A stretch of DNA of 64,000 nucleotides from Dipteris shenzhenensis. Taxonomy: Eukaryota. Below, piece by piece: positions 25,549 through 36,812 of the stretch. The position numbers were made by a program, and so were the translations under genes. Location of the stretch: the NCBI GenBank assembly GCA_047967505.1, contig CM106538.1, one strand, 5' to 3'. The notes under the pieces were generated by a model. The model ran no database searches, was not told the origin of the DNA, and saw only the letters and a program-made list of their open reading frames with translations. Every line of letters starts with the position of its first letter. Position 1 is the first letter of the stretch.

Positions 25549-27383
25549 TGTAAACTACTCGGTGCTTTCTATCAATTCAAACAACGGACTTTTGCAGAGG
25601 CATTTGAATGAGATGATTGCGAGTTGCCAAACACATATACTTGAACTTAAGAGTTTGCAATTAAGCTGGAATTAAGACTTATACAGCTTAAACACAAAGT
25701 GACATCATTGGAGAATGCAATATGATTGAGGGGCCAAGACGGGCCCCCCCCCTTATCCAGGCTCACTTTATTCTTGAAAATGGAGATACAAGACCAAGGT
25801 GCAATGCACCTTCCAAACTGATGAACTCAGTGAAAACCTAGGACCTAGATACAAGACTCAGGAGCATATGTACAAGGTAGACAACAAAAAGGAGGACTCC
25901 AAGCTCAGGTTTCAGCTCTTGGCTTGCCCAATCCACAAGGAAGAAGCCTGCAACAATCACCACTTACATCCAACATTAGAGATAAACACTAGTTTCTAGG
26001 AAACAACATGAAATAGTGCTGTAAATGAGATAAACTTGACAATACAGGCTCCCTTCGTGACTTGGCCCTTTTGTAGATGAAGTCCTTGATGCCTCTGAAG
26101 CTACCTTGGGTGAGGAGAGTGTGGAAATGGGGCTGGAATGAGAACAGCTTAGAAAAACAGCCTGTAGGCTAGAGAGAGAAAGCTTTTATGGAGTGATAGC
26201 TGTAGAGAGAGAGTGCCTATGCTGATCCCAAGGGAGGAGATGTAAGAGAGGAGCTGCTGCTGTTCCAGAGGTGCACAGAAAGGCAGATTTCTGCAAGGGA
26301 AATGGGCTGGAACAGTAGAGAGAGAAATTCTGCAGTAGAGAGAGAAAGACTGCAGCAGGAGAGAGAAAGGGGCTGTGGCTGCTCCAGGCTAGGTGAAGGA
26401 GAGAGGATGCTGCTGCTGTTCCAGAAGAGCTGAGAGGGGGCAGATTTCTGGAGAGGAGGGGCTGGAACTGTAGAGAGAGAATGTGCTGTTGTAGAGAGAG
26501 AAAGTGCTGCTGAGGTGAGAGAATGGCCTGGGGAGAAGCTGGCTGCACCCAAGGAGCTGGAGAGGTTCTGCTGCATCATCTAAAAGGAGGGAGAAGAAAA
26601 GTGACGAAATTTTCATGTGTGGAATGAAGGGGAGAGGCCTTCTTTTATAGGCTCAGCCCCCCTCCTAGGCCTAGAGTGGAAGGTGGACACTTGTCCCAGA
26701 TTTTTTTGGTGGGCTGCAGTCCCAAAGAGGACAGCCCACAACCTGCCCCAAATCTACCAGATTTGGGGCCAAACACTTGGCCTGCATGCCCTGCCACTTG
26801 CCATGCATGCTGCCACATGTGTGGGACAGGTGGACTGACCTGCCAGCTCAGATTCCAAGTGGCAGTCTGCCACGTGTCAGCTGCCACGTCACTCCCAAAA
26901 ACCCTAAAATTTCAAAGTTGTCAGAATTTAATTCTGATCGCACACACGGGTTCCTAACAGCTTAGACTATCTATTGACGTACTCTAAGGTCATAATTGAA
27001 CCATACTGAGCTCATTTGTTTGTCGTCTTATCTTGTATCTCCATTACTCTTGGCATGCTGCCAGGCCCACACCCAAAGCTCAGGGAACATTCTCTTGAAT
27101 GGTTCCTCGGTCGGTATGCAATCTGTGCATTTGATTGGTCCCATGTTTGGGTACTCAGGTGGGGTGTGGTTTCTAGATGTCCCTCTCAAAGAGAGGCCAT
27201 CACTCTTGTGGATCACTAATGCCCATAACCCCAAGCAAGGGGGTCCACCCTCAAATGCTAGACCTAGTCCCCATTGTCCGTAACTGAACAGAAGGAAAAC
27301 ATTTCATTTCTTAATAAGCATACTATTGAAAAACAAAAAGAAATAGTACCAAGCAAGTGGATACATGTTGAAGCAGGATGACA
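25549..27383 (-). repeat. 5' LTR (1835 bp)
   Basis: Adjacent to the PBS. Differs from the 3' LTR by a 1-bp indel, a 10-bp indel and about 6 substitutions seen by eye. Confidence 0.97.
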
Positions 27384-27399
27384 GCATGGATCAAACCCA

Positions 27400-29230
27400 A
27401 GGCTGAGACACGAAAGATGGGAATCAAACCCAATTGATGAATCCACGATACTCTGAGGTTCTCCTTTGAACTTGCTCCCAAGTCAAGCAAAACGTTAAAA
27501 AATGTCCAGCCAAACACTCACTAAGCTACTGTAGGGCGGGTTTGCAGTCCATCCATTGCTAGGCTGCAACGTGCAACCCTTGTGTGCCAGGCAGTGACAC
27601 TAGCCACCGTCTCCCGGACGTCATCCTTGGAGCACTGTGTGGTGATAAATGAGACTTGGGTAATATCCCGTGTCCCTACTCACGATGTGTGCTGGGGAAC
27701 CTCCCTCTACCTCAAACTAGAAGGCTTGGGTGCCCTTTGTGAGCTAGGCTACTATGCCCCATGCAAGCACCCAAGTGCCTGTTGAAGTCAAGCAATGATC
27801 TTGAGTGTGCTTCTCTAGATAAGCTAAGCTGCCGGTCATCACCATAAGTAGTTCTGTATAGACTCTTTAGAAGCTCCTATCCAGCGATCACAAGTAAGAT
27901 CTCTCCACATCTGCTCTAATCAAGGGCCAACAGGGAGTCCTCAATGTGCCTATAGCCAAAAGGAGTAGCAGATCTTCTATGGCTGACAAAATGACCAAAG
28001 GCGGATCCAAAATTTGGGGAGATCGGTCGAAACTTTTGCTGCTATAGCCAATGCCTCGCACACAACTGTTGCCAAGGTGAGTAAGGCTAACTAAACGTTG
28101 GCAAGACGCGGCGAAGTATCGTGATGAACTAGAAAGGTTGGGGCAAAGACTAAGAAATGACCTTAGCTGCTACAGTGATACTACCACTCAGGTCTGCCCT
28201 CGTATTGACGCGCTTACATTGGCGGAAAGATAATATTTGTCTCGAGATCCGCCTCTAATTTTAATTCCGTATTGCAGACGTCTACAATGCGGATAAGATA
28301 TGACAAAAAGGGTACTGGATCTGGCTACATGGCCTGCGTAGCCAAAAACAATTCCTCAGGATCTTGTTGCACCTCCCGAATAGATGACCCTCCCATAACC
28401 AAAGTCTCAATTGTGACTAATGCCTAAGACCACTCGCATCCAGGTAAATAACCCAACGCTTCCCCTAGCAACCAATCAAGATGACCCTCTACCAAGGTAT
28501 CTCCTCCAAATAAGAATAGGCTTTACAAGTTGCTACTAAAGGGGGGCTCTAGCTGAGGTACTCCACCATCTACCATCCCAAACAAATGATTGCCTCGTAC
28601 CCTCAAGGAAAACCCTATCCATAAAAACGGTCCTTGCTGGAACTCATCGCCAGTGTGGCCCAAACTCTCCCTCCGAGCCTCTGGAATGGTGGCATCACAC
28701 TTTGCTATCCATCAATCAACTTGTCTCACATGTGAAGCTGCCGACTCTCTCATCTTGGTGTGCGATCTGCTCCAACGCACACACACACACACCCGTGTAC
28801 ATACATACAATAATACACATACATACATATGTACGCATGTATGTATGAATGTATGCACATACATATGTTCTATATATGTATGTTTAAGATTATGTATATA
28901 TATATATACACATACATATAGATGTGTGTGTGTGTGTGTGTGTGTGTAACACTTTTTTTTTTAACGTGAAATCCATGTATGTTGATCTTACAAGCAGCAG
29001 TCCCTAAAGAGAGGACATGCACTTACAATGTCGGCCAATTTCGGTGTAAGACAAGTGAACACAGTAATCTATTTGACGAGCACACAGACAACCAGTGACA
29101 CCAGGAGAAGAACTGATCATACTTTGGGATGGTAGCATGTCTTCCAAGCAACCAAATGCCTTCCAAGCAACCAAAACTGCTTGCCCATTGAAGTGGAGGG
29201 AAAACAAGCTCGAAGCCCTGCCATCAATCT
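27400..29230 (-). mobile_element. Possible highly degenerate L1-like LINE remnant
   Basis: HLVAWKTCYHPK at about 29125-29160 resembles the L1 HLVxWxxxCxPK motif. The rest is too decayed to align and the boundaries are uncertain. Confidence 0.3.
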
Positions 29231-29480
29231 GAAAAGGAAATCACGGGCCCACACACACACAAACACACACATATATGTGCGTACGTACATATGTATGTAT
29301 GTCTATGTCTTTAAATATACATATGTGTGTACCTGTATGTGTATACACACACATATATATGTAGACAGCTCATACATGTGTGTGTGTGTGCGCGCGCACA
29401 TACACACACACACACACATATAGAGAGAGAGAGGGAGAGAAAAAGAGAGATATACACATATATGTATGCATGTATGTACA

Positions 29481-29518
<38 letters not shown>

Positions 29519-29689
29519 ATGGACAGTACTTCATAGACACAGTTTCACTTACAAGAGCAGCCAGTGGAGATAGTGCAGTCCTGCACTTTAACTAGCGATA
29601 GTCTTCACAAGACCAGTGTCCACGATGATCCATGCAGCCATGGCACAACTTACATGAGGTCAGGGGGCTTTGACTCGACAAGAACCACC

Positions 29690-30600
29690 TTGCTTCTGGG
29701 CCTACTTCCAGGACCCGCTGACAAAGGGGTGGCAGGTTGATACACTAGTGAGGCCGACAACCATGTATGCAGCACCCTTCTAGAGGAGTGATCTCTGGGC
29801 GTGGGGTTGTGCAATGGCATTGATTGGAGATCTGAGAGGCTACAGGTGATTATGGGCTCTCGGATGATTTTGAGGAAGCCCTCAGTCCCTCATCAGATAG
29901 TACAAGCAGAGTTAATCATGACGCCACTCCAGATTGATGCTATATTTCACAGGGTTTGGGCCCTACCTAGCTAGAGATTACCAAGATTGGCACTAGAGCC
30001 ATCTAGAAAACAGCAGATAGAGTGGTTAGCACAGCCTAGTATGCATGTATATTTCAGATGGTTTGCCAGTCGGGTTGTTTAGATGGATCAATGCCCCCCC
30101 TTTTCAGTATAGTTAGGATGCCTCGTCTCCTCTCGTCCCTCAAGATGAGATCAACTGTATTATACGGTTGGATCTACTCCAGCTCTATATGTCATGAACT
30201 TGGGGGGGCCAGAATAGGAGTTCCCAACCAAGATCTAGTTCTATCACGATCAGTTCTTGAAAGTATCAGAGGATGGAGTGATTATCAGACAGTAGTACCT
30301 AGAGGACAGCCGAGTCTCACATGCATTGAGGATTGCATTGCAAAGATGCGAGTGTCACCCCACCAGCTGAGGCTTGAGTCAAGGAGAGCCGTAGGTACAC
30401 CTAGAGAGGAGGGGATATGCAGGCTATGCACTCTGGAGGGGCAGAGGAGCATTTCCTATGTACTTGATCAGTCTATTCTGAGATCCGTGGACGATACCAT
30501 TGCCTTTTTCAGGAGGGGCACGGTTTTGGGTCACTCTCTTGACTGATCCACTTTCATGATCAGGTCTGCATTGGTTTCTATTTGATTGGGATGCGGTGAC
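29690..30600 (+). mobile_element. LINE ORF2 C-terminal remnant (RTE-X/L2-CR1-like)
   Basis: Motifs PTTMYAAPF, KPSVPHQIVQAE and MRVSPHQLRLESRRAVGTPREEGICRLC correspond to the post-RT region and C-terminal Cys/His motif of non-LTR elements. Frameshifted. Confidence 0.65.
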
Positions 30601-30800
30601 ACAAAGAAACCCTACTGAGACAAATCAGACAGCAGGAGATGATAGTGCCACAAGAGACAGAAATTGACCGAACATAGCGGCATGTCACAGATTTATACAC
30701 ATTCAAGTAGTCCCAAGGCATAGTGGAGTCGAAGAGATGGAGCTAGCTGATATGAGAGTGGAGTGGATCAGCGGGAAGAGACAACGTAGGAGTGTGGTGC

Positions 30801-31321
30801 CCGAGACATGAAGACCACGCACGGTGCAGAGGTTGACCAAAACACACAGGATGGAGGTCCAACCTATCTCAGCTCTAAGCAAAGGGGACTGTCAGGGTCG
30901 AGGTGTCACCCTTGATATGGCCCACCTGATGCAGAGATCATGGGGGCCACCGCCCTATCACAGCAAGAGATGACCCGGCAGAATCAGATATGAGATATCT
31001 TCACATCCCACCGGAGGGGGCTGCCATGGCACCAAGATCATAGATGATAGTCGGTCACATCTACCAGAGACATGAAGACCACACACCATGCAGAGGCTGA
31101 CCAAAGTACACACGATGGATGTCCAACCTATCTCAGCTCTAAGCATAGGACTGTCAAAGTTGAGGTGTCACTCGATATGGCCCACCTGATACAGAGATCA
31201 TGGAAGCCACTGTCCCACCACAGAGAGAGATGACCCAGCAGAGATAGATATGAGGTATCTTCACATCCCACCAGAGGGGGCTGCCATGCCACCAAGATCA
31301 CAGATGATAGTCGGTCACATC
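30801..31321. repeat. Two tandem copies of a unit of about 260 bp
   Basis: GAGACATGAAGACCAC...GATGATAGTCGGTCACATC starts at 30803 and again at 31067. Confidence 0.9.
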
Positions 31322-31499
31322 ACCTACCATCTCAGAATTTTTGAAATTTGGGTCTTGAGTACTACTTCTTGAATTTCTTCGTATAGCACTGAGTAAAGGC
31401 CCTAGCAAGCCCTTTGCCTCAGCCCATAGTGGCTTATACAAGTTACTTTTTTTATTGAACCTTGTCTCATATGCCCGTGAGGCCTTCTGGGGAGAGAGA

Positions 31500-31542
<43 letters not shown>

Positions 31543-31931
31543 TCATGGAAGACCAAAAGATATATGAGACCAATAAATAGCTTATTACATCAAATCCCCA
31601 AAATGTAAATGCATGAAGTATCTCCATAGGAGTGCATGAAGCAACTCCAAAATTATTATAAAAATATAACTATTTGTAATGCTCCTTCCCATGCTCTAGT
31701 ATGGCAGACCTGACGTTGATAAACTAACTAACTAAACTAAAAACTTATTCGTGAACTGATGAAACTAAGGACCGTAATGACTGATGACTGACTTGGTGAC
31801 TAAATGGATAACAAAAAGCAGCAAACAAAATAATGACAAACAGACTTGACCTGACTAACCTAATAATGACGGATTGGCTGGGTTGGGCTAGCAGAGGAGG
31901 AGCGGAAGCAGAATAGAGGTAGAACAGATGC

Positions 31932-31973
<42 letters not shown>

Positions 31974-32074
31974 TAAAGTCCTCAAGGCCCTTCACGATCT
32001 ATGAGACTAGTGGACCACTATTACGATAAATAGTGGTTTACTACATCCAGTAAAACAAATCTCTACAAAGCTTT

Positions 32075-33300
32075 CTATGTCATGAGTATTTGCTGAGCTA
32101 ATTTGTGTGCTAGCCCAAGGACTTTGTTGTGGTGCTCCAAGATTTCTTTTAGGTAGCTTCCAAACTTGTAGGTTGGCTGTTCCAGTAGATTTTTCAGGTT
32201 GCCCCTGCTGCCACTATGCTTTTCTCTGATGTGTGCATATGCTCGGCATTTCGGGTGCACATATTGATCATCTTCTACCTCCACAGTAGGGCAGATTTTG
32301 CATATCCTTTCCACTCTTGGGATCTTGGGCCATGCCCATCTGCCCCTCTCCACCTCTAGATCATGTGAGCTGGTCTTATTTTGCAGATTAGAAGCCGAGG
32401 GGATGTCACCAAATGTGTAATATCCAAGCAAGTGACAAAGAAAATATTACTTTCTTTTTTAACTTCCAGCCAAGAGCATGGCATTGACCCCAGTCAAACA
32501 ACCTTGGCCACGGTCAAGAAGGGTTCACCATGATCAACCAACGAATCAAATAACCGGCTTCGGTCAGAGAGTTGACTTCGGTCAAAGTGACTAGGCCTTG
32601 GTCAAAATGGCTTGACCCCAGTCAAGAAGGATTGACTGTGGTCAACAGGTTGCTACGGTCACCAAGATATTTGATTTTTCATTGGCTTGGCAGGGGCACC
32701 CGCATAGTCTAGGATTAGTAAGTATTTCATTTGCATGCGAAAGTCTAACAATTAATGGGTGCCATGTTTGTGTACTATCAACTAATTGTTGCAAGTTTCA
32801 AGAGTGGTTTATTGTCCCTGTTTTACGGGGTCTGTGCCATCTCTCAAGAGGCGTTCACCTTGCGTGTGACCAAAGGCTTGGAAGGTCCCAGAAGCCCCCA
32901 CTCTTGTACAGAGTTCTTTGGTTTTCTGTCATTCTTGCTTCGGCTGGAAGCTTGTACTTGTTGGAACCGTCACACTACACTGAACTCCTTGTGCCTCTGC
33001 CCATCTGCTGATTTTTCGCTCAAGGATGATTCCATATAATTTGGCCATTAGGCTGCTCACCGTGATGGTCCTGTAGTTTTTAGCCACCTTGCTGTCCCCT
33101 CCTTTGTGGATAGACACACTCCTGCTAACTTGCCATTTTGGAGGGAAACCCTCCTCTGAAGCCTTATTCATGATCTCGGAAATCAGCCCCTTTGTCTTTT
33201 CACCACACCCTTTTTAGCATTTCACTAAACCTCGTCTGTTTGGGGCCGTTCCGTTCGCTAGCTTTTTCAGCCCTCTTTCCACACCCTTGTCTGTTATGGC
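32075..33300 (-). mobile_element. LINE remnant (RT domains 0-1 plus C-terminal zinc-finger-like region), interrupted
   Basis: FPPKWQVSRSVSIHKGGDSKVAKNYRTITVSSLMAKLYGIILE at 32929-33171, and SHDLEVERGRW..ERICKIC..VEDDQYVHPKCRAYAHIR at 32075-32431. Confidence 0.8.
32470..32872. repeat. LTR fragment related, in reverse complement, to solo LTR 15699-17629
   Basis: TTTGCATGCGAAAGTCTAACAATTAATGGGTGCCATG at about 32730-32766 is the reverse complement of about 16125-16162. GTGACCA at 32866-32872 matches about 16026. GACTTCGGTC repeats are shared. Confidence 0.65.
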
Positions 33301-36300
33301 ATCATTTGTCGATTTGGATAGAGAATCAAGGGGGTTATGGGTAACGGAGAAAGATTTAACGTTTGTGAAAGACCGAAGGGTATATGAGACTAGAAAAAAC
33401 CAAATACAATGAAAACTAAAGCGTAGGGCCACTAAACAGGCACACCCGAGCCCAAGGCTGATGTTTGATACGAGAGTAAATAAATATGAGAGAAAGAAAC
33501 CCAAGGCAAGGATAGAGAGGAAGATCCCTGGCCATCACCCCCCTGTTTAACTATCAATCAATCCGAGTGGCGGGACATGTGTGTTCTATCCATCAATCTG
33601 AGAAAGCTCAGGCAGAGAGGGTGATGAAGAGAGAGATTTATTTGCATCTAAAAACTAAAGACCTATGAAACCAAAATCTAAGATACATCATGCTCTTACC
33701 TCCCATGTAGGGAAACTAGAGGTGTGTAGTACCCCTTCAATGAAAATAAAACTGTGAAACAAATATTGGTGCACCCAAAAGAGGTGGCCATGTGTCACGA
33801 TTGTGAAGTGCAGGGTGCAGGGGTCTCAATCCCTACCCCATAGCCATGCATGCATAATGAGGGGTTGTTACCATTTCAATATATCCAAGGCCCATCAAGT
33901 TACCAAATTGCATATGGGACTCTTTGTCCCTTTATATCCATGTGTCGCAAGCATGCAAGGGGACGGCCATTACCCCTCTCAATTTCATGGCCACACGAGG
34001 GATTGGCACATGTTCCAACAAACCCCCATGGGCCAAGCACCAAGTACGAGGTCTGACCACCCATACAGGGCCAGGTCAGCCATTAAATGTTAATTACCCA
34101 AAGAGGGCAGAAATCTAACCACCCACATAAGGCCAGGCCAGTCAATCAAGGTGACCACCCACAAAGGGCCAAGTGGACCAGTAAGCGTGACCACACAAGG
34201 GCCAGGTTGGAAATCAATGGCGCAGAACAGGTCACACAGCTGCCAATCACAGAACAGTCACCGCAAGCATACAGTTGTCTCTGTCCTTGCTATACACAGC
34301 AGCCGCCGCCTCCAACAGATACTGAAGAATCCAGGGAGACTGCCTTGTATTAAGGCACTTTTAAGCAGTTGTCCAAAAAAGTATCTGTAGTTGGCTTGCA
34401 TACCTCAGAGCCAAACTGGCAGAAGCTCAGCTGATGGCTGCCCTACATCCTATCCTTGGATCCGGACGAACCCAGGTGATGTGGGGCTACCTTCTCGCCT
34501 GCAAGCACTAGACCCCATTGACCATGTTGTGCCGACTAATTCAAGCTCCTCTATCCATGCTTTACACCTGTTCCTGCATTATTACCATGACGAAGCTACT
34601 TCATAGTCATCCTTCTTCAAAATTCAACTGCTAACCCTATTCAGCAGTTGCAGACTGGTCACAGCTGGAAACTGTATTGCTGCCTTGCTTAAGGTCTTGT
34701 AAGATGCACAAGCTCCTGTTTGTGGAGAAATTTCTCCAGCTACCCTCTCTTCTCAGCAAGTGCAAACTCTCTATGATTATTTCCGGGAGTCACGCAATGG
34801 CCTAAATCGTTGTTCTTTCAATAGTTACCTCTTGCTCCCCTTTTTCACTAAAATCCCCTGTCAGACTTTCAGGTTGAGAATTGCACATACGCAGGTTGCC
34901 TGTCTGTGTCTCCATTTCACCAGCAACCTCCTACAGTCTTCTTGTTGATAAGGTAATGCTCAGAGATCATGTGAAGCAAAAATTGAAGAGTACAGGTTAG
35001 AAAATTAGCCAGAAACCCCTCTGAAAGCATTCAGATAATGTTAAGACCCCTCGAGGTCGCTTGAATGAATGTTCCCATCCCTCTGCCAGCAGAAATTTTG
35101 GCCAAAATCCGTTGAGAGTGATCGAGAGAAGCACTTGTACATTAAAATTTGACCAATATCTTTGGGGAAGGACGGGTTCCCTTATTTGGCGTCATGTGTC
35201 TCATTTTCCTTCCTCACGTAAAAGCTGGATTACCTATCAAGCTTCTCTACCTGATTCAACACCGTAGGGCCATGAAAAGAGTAATCTTGAGTGAACGTGT
35301 TGCCACTTAAGCTTAACGTACAAATCTATAATATGGACTCGTATCAACCTGCAGAGATATCTAGTTACAAGCGGAGAGGAAGAATATAAAATAAGCTCCG
35401 ACTTCAGTGTTAATATTTAAGAAACGGCGCAAAAGACGTTAAGCCTATGGCAGCCCTCTACTACCATCGTGGAGTTTTATGCATTGACCCATGATCTTGT
35501 CAGTAAATTGGCTGCTTGACCTTTAAGACTATAGATTCCAGTAAGTTTGACTCACTCTGAATCAATGTCATACTCTTCTCAAAAAGCCAATTTTTGAGAG
35601 AAACAACAAATCGCCCAACGCTGGCCGGGGGTCATTAGGGGGAAGTTGACTAGGAAAGAAAGGCCTTTTTGCTCATCAGCCTTATGTGCGGAAACATAGA
35701 GCATGACACAACATATACGGCATCCAATTAAACATGCTTTGCTTCCGTAAAGCAAAAGCTGATTCCACCCGTGGTCGCTTTTCTTCAAGATCAAATCGCT
35801 TTTCTATTGCTTACAATTTCGATCTCTTCGCTCATCACAGCTGACCGCAAGGTCAGACTTGGCATATGGTCTGATTGCTCTTCAAATCAGCATCGCATGA
35901 TTCGACCCACAGAGAGAATTGAAACATGGACCATAAGACTTTCGATAATGAAGAATGCAGACCATTTAAGCAAATACATCGGGAAATCCCCACTCTCTAT
36001 GTAGACGGTCGTACTGGAAACGACACAGCTAATAAGCGTTATCTTCCACCACACAGTACTTTTCAATGATATCCTGAATTTTGGGCGAGAAAATGGGACG
36101 GCTGGCAGACGAAAGACGGGCGCTTGACATCAAAGGGAGAGAGAGTATCGAGCAATATTTACGGCGTTAAGAAGGACAATCACGCTCAGAATGAGAGCCA
36201 TACTTGCAGCGCGAAAGCGCAATCAAGAATTGGGTGATGGGGGTGCGCGATTGCCATCGAAAGTCGCAAACTTGAGAGGGGAAAAGGATGTGGGGGAGAT

Positions 36301-36304
36301 TTAC

Positions 36305-36320
36305 CTTCAACAGAATTCAT
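36305..36320 (-). CDS. SKP2: Putative first coding exon (MNSVEG) of the SKP2-like gene
   Basis: ATG AAT TCT GTT GAA G|GTAAAT gives a phase-1 donor that joins exon 2 in frame (G|GT CAA TTG). It lies in a CpG-retaining leader downstream of a TATA and (CT)n tract. The full CDS is 1413 nt (470 aa). An in-frame ATG at 36521 could extend it by 67 aa. Confidence 0.6.
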
Positions 36321-36533
36321 GGGGATGCGATGAGTGATGAGAGAAGAGGAAAGGGGAGGTGGTGATGCAAAGGAAGGGGAGGGCGGCAGCAGGCGATGGA
36401 TAAATTGGACCCAAATGCAGAAATCCAACAAAAAACGGCGAAGAAGACGAGAAAGCAAGAGACGAGAGACGTGTTTCTTTCTTCTGAAATGCCGACTCTC
36501 CTCAGACTCTTCTTCATTCATTCATTTCATTCA

Positions 36534-36565
<32 letters not shown>

Positions 36566-36593
36566 CCACCATCATCATCACCATCATCATCAT
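36534..36593. repeat. (CAT/CAC)20 trinucleotide microsatellite
   Basis: 10 CAT, 2 CAC, 3 CAT, 1 CAC, 4 CAT. Confidence 0.95.
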
Positions 36594-36757
36594 GTCCAAA
36601 AGCTTGGCCCCCTCATGCCCTTGTCTTGCCTCGCGAGTCGGTGTTCACGAGACCAGGTTTTCCGCCTGTCATAATACAGAAACGCATGACGCTTTTTCAA
36701 CGTTTTTTAGCCCACAATATAACTTAACCATGAAACGCTTTGTGGATTTATGGATCT

Positions 36758-36762
36758 GAGAA

Positions 36763-36803
<41 letters not shown>

Positions 36804-36812
36804 TCTATATAT
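36758..36812 (-). promoter_or_regulatory. Candidate core promoter of the SKP2-like gene: TATATAGA followed by a (CT)n Y-patch
   Basis: The minus strand reads TATATAGATGCA followed by about 40 nt of (TC)n, a typical plant TSS/5'UTR layout, about 480 bp upstream of the proposed ATG. Confidence 0.45.

Larger units (their letters stand above)
20347..27383 (-). mobile_element. Young Ty3/gypsy chromovirus with both LTRs and an internally deleted pol
   Basis: LTRs at 20347-22190 and 25549-27383 (TG..CA). TSD GCATG at 20342-20346 and 27384-27388. tRNA-iMet PBS TGGTATCAGAGC at 25547-25536. PPT at 22191-22201. Carries gag-PR, RT, the start of RNase H, the integrase C-terminus and a chromodomain. Confidence 0.97.

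Noticed and set aside
33793-34950. LTR-like segment starting TGTCAC with internal repeats of about 35 bp
   Set aside because: No matching end, TSD, PBS or PPT was found, so it could not be delimited.
35236-35350. Possible extra exon after the ctgcAG acceptor at 35350-35349
   Set aside because: It would put a stop right after MNSVEG and has no supporting evidence. At most it is an alternative non-coding exon.
36334-36759. Plus-strand poly-His and poly-Ile ORFs
   Set aside because: They are by-products of the (CAT)n microsatellite. The promoter and splice signals point to the minus strand.
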